Positions 1 through 8,053 of a stretch of DNA of 64,000 nucleotides are shown piece after piece. Under the pieces are notes generated by a model, which saw only the letters and a list, made by a program, of their open reading frames with translations, was not told the origin of the DNA and searched no databases. The first letter of the stretch is position 1. Each line of letters begins with the position of its first letter. The DNA lies in the IMG/VR virus record IMGVR_UViG_3300046528_000074, positions 1-64,000 of that record. One strand, 5' to 3'. Source of the stretch: a virus (taxonomy: Duplodnaviria > Caudoviricetes). The position numbers were made by a program, and so were the translations under genes.

Positions 1-881
1 GTCTTGATGCTGTGCTCACCCACCCGGACATAGCTGTTGCAGATGGCGTAGTCACCCTCTTGCAGTTCCGGACTGCCCTTGATGAAGTCACGCAAGGCGT
101 TGTTGTAAGTGATCGCACGGTGGTTGGTGAACGACAGCACCTTCGAGTCGGCATAGTGCCAGTCCGGACGGTTGAACTCGGTCATGACTGCCTGATCGAA
201 TGCCTCCCGGTCCAGATGGATGACGGCTTGGCCATCCGGCTCGAAGGGTGTCCAGATACCAGTAGCAACGGTCTCCCTAAACTGGGTGGCCAGTGCATTG
301 ATCAGACTGCCTGCGGCCTGACGTACCACTTGGGTCAGGGCTGCTTCCGGGAAGGGTGCCTCGAAGACAGGAGCCTTGTTGTGCTTGACCGGCAGTAGCT
401 GCGCCTTGTCACCCATGAACACGATCTTGCAATCCTTGGTTTGCTGGAAGATCAGTCCCAACAATTCCGGATCGATCATGCTGGCTTCGTCGACGAACAG
501 CAGGTAGTCGAACTTGACCGATGCCCGCTTGGCAGGTACCAGTTTCATCTGACCACCGGCATCCCTTACGGGACGTAAGCCAAGGAAGCTGTGGATGGTG
601 GTGACCGTCTTGCCGGTGATGTCATGTAAGGCTTCCGCTGCCTTGTTGGTGGTGGCGGTCAAGGCGACTTCCAGATCGGGACGGTCGCTGGTCAGCAACT
701 CCCACATCTTCATGTAGCCATCCAGACGCTTGAGCAGGATACGCACCAAGGTGGACTTGCCGGTGCCTGCGTAACCGGACAGCCTCATTACAGGCATGTC
801 CGGGTCCATCAGGAACTGGCAAAAGAAATCCAGTGCTACACTCTGCTCGACGGTCAATTCAATGTCGTCGGTATCAGTCAT
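1..881 (-). CDS. Dda/RecD-like SF1B DNA helicase (N4-like phage), truncated at window edge
   Basis: Not in ORF track (no stop in window). ATG at 881 overlaps the upstream stop; translates MTDTDDIELTVEQ...SGYAGTGKST (Walker A), LFVDEASMID (Walker B), KIVFMGDKAQLLPV. Confidence 0.85.
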   Translation of the reverse strand, partial: MTDTDDIELTVEQSVALDFFCQFLMDPDMPVMRLSGYAGTGKSTLVRILLKRLDGYMKMWELLTSDRPDLEVALTATTNKAAEALHDITGKTVTTIHSFLGLRPVRDAGGQMKLVPAKRASVKFDYLLFVDEASMIDPELLGLIFQQTKDCKIVFMGDKAQLLPVKHNKAPVFEAPFPEAALTQVVRQAAGSLINALATQFRETVATGIWTPFEPDGQAVIHLDREAFDQAVMTEFNRPDWHYADSKVLSFTNHRAITYNNALRDFIKGSPELQEGDYAICNSYVRVGEHSIK

Positions 882-1993
882 TATCGGGTCTCGTAGTGGA
901 TGGCCTTGCCGAAGCGAGGCTCGAAATGGGGATTGTCGTTGATGATCCAGACGACCTCTCGTGACAGGGTGTCCCGCTGCCAGTCGAACTCACCATCGGT
1001 GAAGATGATGGAAGCATCAGGCTTGTGTTCCTCGATCCAGTTGAAGATGCACTCCGGATCGGTACCACCTCGTCCACGGAACTCGACTTGCTTCAGTTCA
1101 GCAATCGACTTGATGTGGTGCACACCCGTGATCACGGTGTTGAAGGTCACGAGGGTGATCTTTGGCTTGAAGCGTTTAAATACGCCAGACAGTTCCGACA
1201 CCATGGCATTGAACTGGAAGTCTTCGACCGAACAAGACACATCCATGAACACGACCAGATCCTTTAGCCCCTTGCTCGACCTACTGGGCAGGTACATGTC
1301 CGGCAGATAGCGGCGGTTCGGCTTGGAGTAGTCGTAACCAGTCCGGATACGGGCATTCAGCCAGCGATGCAGGATCGTGGTCCATGGCAGCTTGGGATCA
1401 AGCAGCGCATCGAGCATAATCTGGATATCACTGGGGATCAGGCCAGCACCACGGCTCGACATCTTGGCTACGGTAGTAGCTCGCAAGAGCATGTCCTGTA
1501 CTTCCAGTTGATGGGTAGCCGCGTCCTGTTCAGGCTGGCGCAGGTCTTCCATCATGTCCGGTGGCGGCTGGTAGTTCTCCTTCACCAACAGGGTGTAGAT
1601 GTCGTCTGCACTCATGCCTCTGAAGCGGGCATCATACAGACCGACCTTCGGCATCTTGAAGCCATAGTCCACCAGCGTGCTGTTGATGGCGAAGTCGCAT
1701 GCAGCCTGCCAGATGCGCAGGACTTTGCCTTGCCAGCGTGCCGGTAGCAGGTGCTTCCAGATGACGTGCAGGGCTTCGTGGCACAGTACGAATACCCGTT
1801 CCTCACGGTCGAGGGACAGGTAGAAGCCAGAGTTCCAGCCAACCACACGGCCATTCACATAGGCGGTGGGCTGACTGTCATCCCAGACGGTTTTCAGTCC
1901 GAGGACGAGGGTGGAGAAGAAGACTGCGTTCGGCTTCGACATCAGCAGTACCTTGGTCTTCCCCATTTCACGGTTCAGTTTTGTGGTATCCAT
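881..1993 (-). CDS. N4 gp25-like protein: HExxH metallopeptidase-like domain + VWA-like domain
   Basis: HEALH motif; DVSCS MIDAS-like, GRGGTD and IIFTDGE motifs; usual partner of the AAA ATPase at the other end of the window. Confidence 0.85.
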   Translation of the reverse strand: MDTTKLNREMGKTKVLLMSKPNAVFFSTLVLGLKTVWDDSQPTAYVNGRVVGWNSGFYLSLDREERVFVLCHEALHVIWKHLLPARWQGKVLRIWQAACDFAINSTLVDYGFKMPKVGLYDARFRGMSADDIYTLLVKENYQPPPDMMEDLRQPEQDAATHQLEVQDMLLRATTVAKMSSRGAGLIPSDIQIMLDALLDPKLPWTTILHRWLNARIRTGYDYSKPNRRYLPDMYLPSRSSKGLKDLVVFMDVSCSVEDFQFNAMVSELSGVFKRFKPKITLVTFNTVITGVHHIKSIAELKQVEFRGRGGTDPECIFNWIEEHKPDASIIFTDGEFDWQRDTLSREVVWIINDNPHFEPRFGKAIHYETR

Positions 1994-2014
1994 GGGAGCT
2001 TTCAGGTTGACGGT

Positions 2015-2040
2015 TCCAAGACGGCGAGCGGAGCGTCGCC
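2015..2040 (-). promoter_or_regulatory. Candidate N4 virion-RNAP-type hairpin promoter
   Basis: + strand (template for leftward genes) TCC-AAGAC-GGCGAGC-GGA-GCGTCGCC; the GC-GGA-GC triloop matches the N4 P2 promoter as I recall it; spacing is longer than in N4. Confidence 0.4.
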
Positions 2041-2060
2041 TGTGTCCAATGAGGAATGTG

Positions 2061-2084
2061 AAAGGCTCACCTGTCGATGAGCCT
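2061..2084 (-). terminator. Probable intrinsic terminator
   Basis: AGGCTCA-N8-TGAGCCT stem right after the stop of 2089-2427; short T tail. Confidence 0.5.
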
Positions 2085-2088
2085 GTTG

Positions 2089-2427
2089 TTATGGTTTGAT
2101 GGGATCGAGTAGTTTCAGATCGGCGTCGTCTAAGCGGGTGACATACACCCTCTTGGTGGTGTCTTGCTCGAAGACGATCTGGAACTTCTCACCGGGGAAG
2201 TAGGTGGCCACCAGCAGCAACTCACCATACTCTTCGTCATGCACTTCACCGACCACGGCAGCACCCTTGGCTTTGCGGGTCATCCAGCGCACCATGTTGG
2301 CAGCGATCTCTCCGATGTTGCTGCCTCGGTAGCGCATGACGACAGGCTTCTTGCGACCACGGCCCTGTGAAGGGCCGTAGTAGGTGTAGATGAAGGGACG
2401 GTTCGGATTGTACTTCAACTTGTCCAT
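2089..2427 (-). CDS. Hypothetical protein
   Basis: Start moved to MDKLKYN with GAGGGAG RBS. Confidence 0.7.
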   Translation of the reverse strand: MDKLKYNPNRPFIYTYYGPSQGRGRKKPVVMRYRGSNIGEIAANMVRWMTRKAKGAAVVGEVHDEEYGELLLVATYFPGEKFQIVFEQDTTKRVYVTRLDDADLKLLDPIKP

Positions 2428-2429
2428 GG

Positions 2430-2612
2430 TTACTCCCTCTTGATTGGTTTGCCTTTGCAGGTACGGTCGCCTTGGTTGCACGGTCCCTTGCAACCGTATT
2501 GCAGGCACTCGATGTCAGTCTCGCGTCGATCCATGCCAGAGCGACGGTCACCCGTGAATACCCAGCCGACCAGCATCCAGAACCATGTTGGTCCCTTGCG
2601 GCGTTCAGTCAT
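2430..2612 (-). CDS. Small hypothetical protein with CxxxCNQG motif
   Basis: MTERRKGPTW...CKGPCNQGDRTC; tight packing with neighbours. Confidence 0.55.
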   Translation of the reverse strand: MTERRKGPTWFWMLVGWVFTGDRRSGMDRRETDIECLQYGCKGPCNQGDRTCKGKPIKRE

Positions 2613-2796
2613 TCTTCTCACTGTTTGCTCCTTTCGCACCGATGCATTGGTGGGGATGGAAGTCAGTCTGCACCCTGCCACCACGAGATGCACAGGCACG
2701 TACCTTGGCAACAGTGCTGGAAGTGATGTGGTCGTGGTAGACGATAGGAATGGCAACACCCAGTAACAGCACGGCACAGGCTGCTATCAGTTTCAT
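2605..2796 (-). CDS. Small membrane-anchored hypothetical protein
   Basis: N-terminal hydrophobic segment; ATGA overlap with upstream gene. Confidence 0.6.
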   Translation of the reverse strand: MKLIAACAVLLLGVAIPIVYHDHITSSTVAKVRACASRGGRVQTDFHPHQCIGAKGANSEKND

Positions 2797-2996
2797 GGCT
2801 TCTTCTCCTGTGCCGCGCTGGCGGCAATTGCTGCGTCGATTGCATTTGTAGCGGTCCAGTTGGGGCCGTGCGAGGATCGGTCGTAGAACGAGTCATTCCA
2901 TTCGACGCACCACTGATTGTCCATGAGCCAGCGATAGCGCGCCGCGTCCCGCTCATCCACCTGCTCGGTTACGCGCGGCATATTCTGGTTATCCAT
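2793..2996 (-). CDS. Small modular accessory protein (DAARYRWL type)
   Basis: MDNQNMPRVTEQ start and AAIAASAA end shared with 60502-61224. Confidence 0.7.
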   Translation of the reverse strand: MDNQNMPRVTEQVDERDAARYRWLMDNQWCVEWNDSFYDRSSHGPNWTATNAIDAAIAASAAQEKKP

Positions 2997-4449
2997 TGTG
3001 CTGTCCTTTCTCTGCATCGGCAGCAGCTTGAGCTGCGGTGCGGGTGCGCTTCATCATCCTGATTGCACCTGCGCACTCTGCTGGGTGCATGTCACGGTCA
3101 GCGAAGCGGTCGCAGAGTTGCGCCGCTGCCTCAAGTGCTGCATCGATCAACACATCTGAAACGGCTTTTTCATCTGACGCGCTCACGGTGCTGGTAGTAG
3201 GGGCGACATAACCGCTGTGCTTGTCCATGTCGTAGCAGTCGTCCCACAGTTCCGGCCGCTCGGCGCGCTCGCCAATCAGCCAACGCATGAAGTCGGCCTC
3301 GTAGCGCACCCGGTCGGGATACTCGGAGCGTGCGAACTGGAAGCCATCGGTGAACAGATCGAACCCTTTGCTGTCTTTGCGGTGCAGGACGGCGGTGAAG
3401 TTCGACTTGCCGTTCGACTCGGGCATCGCGCTTTCCCATACCGTCAATTCAGGCTTCGCCTGCTCGGCTGTCTCGGCCTTCGCTGCCTGCTGAGTCATTA
3501 GACTGTCCGCAATATCTGCAAAACTATCGTCTTTGGTCAGGTAATAAAGCGCATCAGCAGCCATCCATTGAGCAGAAAGCTGGCCCAGTGCTGGATTCAG
3601 AATCTGCTTAAGGCGCAGTTGAATCATGTGCAGGTCCGGCGCTGCCTGCTGGGTGACTTCCTGTGCGGTAGGAGCGGCGGCAAGCATGTTCCGCCAGTAG
3701 TTGGCCATCAGCAGCTTTTCCGTGTTGCTTCCAGGTGTCGATGTGCGTGCAGCAGCGAACATCTCTTGCGTCGGCTCAATTGGCACCAGTGCGAAGCCTT
3801 CCGGCACTGCTTGCGCCCTGGTTGCCTGTGACTGGCCCGCGAGCTGCCAGCCTTTCCACAGCAATTCGCGTTCGGCATCGGTGTAGACCTCAGGGCAGAC
3901 CGCTTCGAATGCTTCCAAGTCGCTCGGCTGTGCTGCCTGTGACTGACTTGCAAGGTGGGCTGCAATCGCAGCGCGGGCAACTTCGCGGGCGAACTCGTAT
4001 TCCGCGGACCCATTGACCTCAATGATGTCGCCGGACCATTCCCATCCGCGCAATGTGGTCGAATGCTTCTTCGCGATCTCTTCGATCTGCTCATCCGTCA
4101 GATCGCCGCTCGTCTGCGCTGCTGCGGATGCGCTGCCAGTTGCTGTATCGATCAAGTCTTGCAGGCGGTCGCGCTCTTTCATCCATTGCGCAACCTGGCG
4201 CGCGAGAACTTCGGATTGATCGCCGGTCGGCCGCCCTGCTGCATGCGGTTCGACGAGGTCGGCCAGCGTGCGCGCCAGGTAGTCGGGCTGGCCCGCCATG
4301 ATGTAATTTCCCGATGCCGGGATCTGGAGCGCCAGGCCGGCGCTTTTCGTGCGGCGCATGAGCACCAGCACGCGCTCGATCAATTCGTCTTGCAGGACGC
4401 GGCGAATGTCTTCCGCGCCGTCCGGGGTTGTGGATTCAGTCTTGTGCAT
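2989..4449 (-). CDS. Modular accessory protein, contains left repeat copy
   Basis: Likely start MHKTEST at 4449 (track start 5055 overlaps a real gene); about 220 aa identical to 61519-62571. Confidence 0.75.
   Translation of the reverse strand: MHKTESTTPDGAEDIRRVLQDELIERVLVLMRRTKSAGLALQIPASGNYIMAGQPDYLARTLADLVEPHAAGRPTGDQSEVLARQVAQWMKERDRLQDLIDTATGSASAAAQTSGDLTDEQIEEIAKKHSTTLRGWEWSGDIIEVNGSAEYEFAREVARAAIAAHLASQSQAAQPSDLEAFEAVCPEVYTDAERELLWKGWQLAGQSQATRAQAVPEGFALVPIEPTQEMFAAARTSTPGSNTEKLLMANYWRNMLAAAPTAQEVTQQAAPDLHMIQLRLKQILNPALGQLSAQWMAADALYYLTKDDSFADIADSLMTQQAAKAETAEQAKPELTVWESAMPESNGKSNFTAVLHRKDSKGFDLFTDGFQFARSEYPDRVRYEADFMRWLIGERAERPELWDDCYDMDKHSGYVAPTTSTVSASDEKAVSDVLIDAALEAAAQLCDRFADRDMHPAECAGAIRMMKRTRTAAQAAADAEKGQHNG
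3170..3843. repeat. Left copy of ~674 bp direct repeat
   Basis: Matches 61700-62373 at offset 58530; core 3178-3817 identical by eye, mismatches at 3177, 3818, 3832. Confidence 0.95.
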
Positions 4450-4460
4450 GATTTTTCTCG

Positions 4461-4961
4461 TTATCCGTTCTTGCCGATACCGGCGGGCGCCGCGCGCACA
4501 GTGATTTCGATCTGCTCGCCGTAGTACTGGGCGATCGCGCGCGCCTGCTCCCGTGCCATGCCCACCATCGTCATCAGCCTGCCGTCGCCCATGTCCAGGC
4601 TGAAGTCGATGTCCGGGTCTTCGCCCAGGTTGCCGATCTCGACCAGTTGCCCCTGCAGCCGCGCCAGGTGCGGGCGCATGTCCGGCTCGGGCAGGGTCTT
4701 GACGGTCATGTGGATGCTGCCGTCCAGGTCGAAGCGCTGGAGCATCACGACGCGCATCGGGTCCACGCCCATCGTCTTGATGTACTGTTCCAGCATCGCG
4801 CGCGTGCCCTGCTGGACGCGCTGGCGCATCGCTTCCAGCGCCTCGTCGGTCGCCTTCATTTCGTCTAGCGTCGGCGTCTCGTCCCAGTTCAGCGGGGCCA
4901 GGGGATGCTGATCGTCCTTTCGGCGCGCGAACTGGCGCGCTTCGGTGTTCTTCGTGTCCAT
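4461..4961 (-). CDS. Hypothetical protein
   Basis: MDTKNTEARQ start with GAGAG RBS; operon packing. Confidence 0.7.
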   Translation of the reverse strand: MDTKNTEARQFARRKDDQHPLAPLNWDETPTLDEMKATDEALEAMRQRVQQGTRAMLEQYIKTMGVDPMRVVMLQRFDLDGSIHMTVKTLPEPDMRPHLARLQGQLVEIGNLGEDPDIDFSLDMGDGRLMTMVGMAREQARAIAQYYGEQIEITVRAAPAGIGKNG

Positions 4962-5002
4962 TGGGTTCTCTCGTGTGGTGGCGACCGCGGCCGCCGGGTT
5001 GA

Positions 5003-5215
5003 TCAAATCGAGCGCGCAAGCGCCAGCGCGGCGCGTACCTGCTCGATGGCTTCATAGCTTACGGCCCCGTGACGCTCGATGTCACTATCAACGGCGCGCA
5101 ATGCCGCCTTCATGGCCCGGCAGACGGACGCGGGCGGCGTGATGGCGATGCGGGGAACCGAGCGGCGCATCCAGTTGAAGGGCGGCCGGGCGCTGCGGAC
5201 AGGCGTGAATGGCAT
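5003..5215 (-). CDS. Hypothetical protein
   Basis: AAGGGGG RBS; operon position. Confidence 0.55.
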   Translation of the reverse strand: MPFTPVRSARPPFNWMRRSVPRIAITPPASVCRAMKAALRAVDSDIERHGAVSYEAIEQVRAALALARSI

Positions 5216-5225
5216 GGCGCCCCCC

Positions 5226-5345
5226 TTACCAGATGAAGGGTAAATTGGAGCCCTGCACGGCCGCGCTGGCCAGCACGCAGGCGGCCAGGCCGATCCATGG
5301 CGCCCATGGGCGCGTGTCGAGAAAATGGAAAAACGGTTGCATCAT
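5226..5345 (-). CDS. 39-aa hydrophobic peptide (not in track)
   Basis: MMQPFFHFLDTRPWAPWIGLAACVLASAAVQGSNLPFIW; GGAGAGGG RBS; first ORF after promoter 5382-5410. Confidence 0.6.
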   Translation of the reverse strand: MMQPFFHFLDTRPWAPWIGLAACVLASAAVQGSNLPFIW

Positions 5346-5381
5346 GCTGCCCTCTCCGTGTTATTGGTTGGAAACAACAGG

Positions 5382-5410
5382 AGTATATGAGCAGATGCTC
5401 TATCGTGCAA
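5382..5410 (-). promoter_or_regulatory. Sigma70-type promoter with palindromic spacer
   Basis: TTGCAC-17bp-TATACT; spacer contains GAGCA-NN-TGCTC. Confidence 0.7.
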
Positions 5411-5415
5411 CACCT

Positions 5416-5967
5416 TTATGCATCATCGGGGCCGCATAGGTCGGCCAGCAGGTCGCCCATCATGGCCTGGGCGTTTTTGTTCAGGGTGGCCAGGTGCGGC
5501 CAGATCTTGTTCTTCTGGTCCAGCACGGTGCGGGCCGGCATGCCGATGCTCTTGGCCAGCTTGGTCATGCTTTCCTTGCGGTCGAAGAACGAGCGCACGA
5601 TGCCAAAGCGCAGGCGCTGCGAATCGACCTCATCGCGGATCAGGGTGCGCGCCCATTCCGACAGCGCCAGCAGCGCGGTTTTATATTCGTCGGTCAGGCG
5701 CGTGCCAAAGCAGCATGGGCATTCATCGGTGCGCGTCACGAACGTGGCGACCACGCAGGCCCGTTGTAGATCGTCCAGCCGCGCCAGGCGCGCGCGGATC
5801 ATGCCGGCCTGGGCTGCGCCATCCAGCGCGACCAGGCCCTTGCCCTGGCCGATGTGCGTCGCCCCCACCCGCTGCATCTGTTTTGACATCGGCGACTGGG
5901 CATATTGCTGACTCGAATAGCGCAGCGCGAACATCGCAGCATGGTCGGGGGTTTTGAATAATTCCAT
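5416..5967 (-). CDS. Putative late transcription regulator / Q-like antiterminator
   Basis: CPCC motif, C-terminal HTH-like SMTKLAKSIGMPARTV; lies after a DUF1064 nuclease and just upstream of a promoter. Confidence 0.55.
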   Translation of the reverse strand: MELFKTPDHAAMFALRYSSQQYAQSPMSKQMQRVGATHIGQGKGLVALDGAAQAGMIRARLARLDDLQRACVVATFVTRTDECPCCFGTRLTDEYKTALLALSEWARTLIRDEVDSQRLRFGIVRSFFDRKESMTKLAKSIGMPARTVLDQKNKIWPHLATLNKNAQAMMGDLLADLCGPDDA

Positions 5968-6034
5968 CGTCTGGTTCTCTCGTGCGTTATTATTGGGGCT
6001 CGCGCCGTTCGGGGCGGGAAAATTCAGTCTTGAC

Positions 6035-6059
6035 GGGCCGCTTCGCGCGGCCCTTTTTT
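6035..6059 (+). terminator. Intrinsic terminator oriented on + strand
   Basis: GGGCCGC-TTCGC-GCGGCCC-TTTTTT. Confidence 0.6.
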
Positions 6060-6098
6060 ATTGCTGCAAGGATAGCGAAAAAGATGCCTTTAGGCATT

Positions 6099-6722
6099 CT
6101 ATTTTTGCGCCACCGTTTCATATTCGCGCTCGAGCCGCGCCAATTCCCCCTGCACCTCGTCGTGCACCTCCATGATCAGCTTGCGCGGCACCAGTTCCAG
6201 CTGGGCCTCGTGCACGCCCAGCGCCTCGCCGATGGCGCGCAGGGTCGGGCCGTCGAGGCGCCAATTATCGGTGCGCACGCCGCGGTCCTGCATGCGCAAC
6301 ATGCCGTCCAGCGCCTGGTCGAACAGGCCCTCATACTCCTGGCCGTAACCGCGCAGCGCCAGCGCCTTGCCCATGTACATGTTCAGCACGATGCAGCACC
6401 ACGATTCGTGGCTGGCGCTGCCGCGCGCCATGTTCTCGTAGGCCAGGAATGCATACGACAGGATCGTGCCGAGATCGTCCGGCGTCATCGGCAAGCCGGG
6501 CCGCTGCAATGCGTTCCACAGTTGCATGCAGATGTCGCCCCAGGCGCTGGCGGGCTCGGGCCGGGCCAGCGGCACGAACACAGGCTTGCGGCCATGCAGG
6601 CGCGTCTCGAGCATGCGCCACCAGGTCGAGCCAGGCAGGGCCGGGCGAATCGCCAACGTGAAATTCTCCATCGTGGACATGCCGACAGCATGCCCTTTCA
6701 TCGCTACCATTTCCATTTTCAT
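6099..6722 (-). CDS. Hypothetical protein
   Basis: ATGA-coupled to upstream gene. Confidence 0.7.
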   Translation of the reverse strand: MKMEMVAMKGHAVGMSTMENFTLAIRPALPGSTWWRMLETRLHGRKPVFVPLARPEPASAWGDICMQLWNALQRPGLPMTPDDLGTILSYAFLAYENMARGSASHESWCCIVLNMYMGKALALRGYGQEYEGLFDQALDGMLRMQDRGVRTDNWRLDGPTLRAIGEALGVHEAQLELVPRKLIMEVHDEVQGELARLEREYETVAQK

Positions 6723-7144
6723 ACTTCCTTGATGTGAATGCCGTGCACCGTCGCCATGAGATGCTTCTTAATGCGATAGGCGGCCAGCTTGCGCGTTGGC
6801 CGGCTTTTCGTGTCTTCGACCACCAGCTGGCCATCCTGCAGGTAGGTGAAGTCCGCAAAGTAGCGCAGCGCCGGCTTTTTCTTCGCCTCGCCCGCCAGGT
6901 GCACCGCCGGCGCCAGCACGAAACTGACCTGGCGGCGCAGGTCGGTGATCTTGCCGGCCGCCTGCATTATCTGCAGCGTGTCCCAACGGCGCGCCTCCTT
7001 CCCGCTGTCGTGCACGATGCCGTCCTGCTCGACTTTCGTGTTGCGGTACTTGCTGGGCGCGGGCGCCGCCGGGGCGGACGGGGCTGCGCGCCGGGCCTGC
7101 GCCTCCAGGTGCTGCGCCAGGACCTTGTCGCCCCAGCGCGTCAT
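6719..7144 (-). CDS. DUF1064-like PD-(D/E)XK nuclease
   Basis: SKYRNTKV...DSGKEARR...YFADFTY...VVEDTKS; start MTRWGDK at 7144. Confidence 0.8.
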   Translation of the reverse strand: MTRWGDKVLAQHLEAQARRAAPSAPAAPAPSKYRNTKVEQDGIVHDSGKEARRWDTLQIMQAAGKITDLRRQVSFVLAPAVHLAGEAKKKPALRYFADFTYLQDGQLVVEDTKSRPTRKLAAYRIKKHLMATVHGIHIKEV

Positions 7145-7398
7145 TTCCCGGACGCCTTGCGCGCCGCGGCCTTCGCGACGGCCGCGCCCGCGTTCATGAT
7201 GCTGATGGTGATGCCGTCGACCTGGCCGTGCAGCATCATGGTCGGCATGCCGTCGAATGCGGCGCTGAACGCCTGGACATCCTCGGGCGTGATCTTGATG
7301 GGCTGGCCGCCGTTGACCTTCCACAGCGCGATCATCAGCAATTTGTCGCGCTCGGCGTGGCCGCCGTTTGTCAGCGGGTGATTGTTCAGTTTTTGCAT
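7141..7398 (-). CDS. Hypothetical protein
   Basis: AGGA RBS; coupled to downstream gene. Confidence 0.65.
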   Translation of the reverse strand: MQKLNNHPLTNGGHAERDKLLMIALWKVNGGQPIKITPEDVQAFSAAFDGMPTMMLHGQVDGITISIMNAGAAVAKAAARKASGK

Positions 7399-7441
7399 GT
7401 TCAGTCCTGTGCGCGGGCGCGCGCGGCGCCCGCTGTCGTTG

Positions 7442-7996
7442 TTATTCGGCGCCCTTGTTGCGCTGCTCGCGCATGCGCATCAGTGCATACCCCTCAAATT
7501 CCCACAGCAGGGCCTCGGCTTTTCGCATCGCATCCTCGCTGGCATATTGGACGCTTTTCGCCGCGTCGAAGCTGGCCGGGTCCACGCACGCGGAAAAGCC
7601 CTGGCCGACGACAAAGCCGTTGGGCAATGCCGCCAGCGCCACCGTGCTGGTCGTGCCCGGGAAGCGCTGGCAGGTAATCGTCACGCTGGCCAGCAGTGCC
7701 TCGATGCGCTCGGCCGGTACGCGGTTTTCCGCCAGCGGCGGCAGGGCCGGCTTGTGCATGCCATCGAACACGATGGCGGCCATCGGATAGCCATGCGGCA
7801 GCGGGTTGAAGCGCGACGGCTGCGTGCGCACGTAGTAGTCGCCGACGCGCGCGGTCTTGAACAGGCTGGCCGGCTCGTAGACCTGGAAGCCATCGTCCAG
7901 CGTGATCTCGTAGTAGCCGTCGTCGTGGTCGGTCATCATGCGCAGCGCCGTGATCTTTGCGGCCCTTACTTGCTGGGTGGGGTCGTACAGTTTCAT
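7442..7996 (-). CDS. Fusion: uncharacterised N-domain + N4 gp49/Sf6 gp66 (Acb4-like) domain
   Basis: C-terminal TVALAALPNGFVV...SACVDPASFD...LWEFEGYAL is the gp49/66 signature. Confidence 0.75.
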   Translation of the reverse strand: MKLYDPTQQVRAAKITALRMMTDHDDGYYEITLDDGFQVYEPASLFKTARVGDYYVRTQPSRFNPLPHGYPMAAIVFDGMHKPALPPLAENRVPAERIEALLASVTITCQRFPGTTSTVALAALPNGFVVGQGFSACVDPASFDAAKSVQYASEDAMRKAEALLWEFEGYALMRMREQRNKGAE

Positions 7997-8053
7997 TTCA
8001 GGTTATCCCGTGTCGTTGTTGTTGCCGCCCGGCGGGCGGGCGGGGTGGTGCGG

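Noticed and set aside
3170-3843. Direct repeat as attL/attR of site-specific integration or as phage terminal repeats
   Set aside because: Much longer than a typical att core, lies inside a coding sequence, no integrase seen, and edges decay into patchy homology
4450-5055. N-terminal extension of the 688-aa track ORF
   Set aside because: Overlaps the better-supported 4461-4961 gene in another frame; likely true start is 4449
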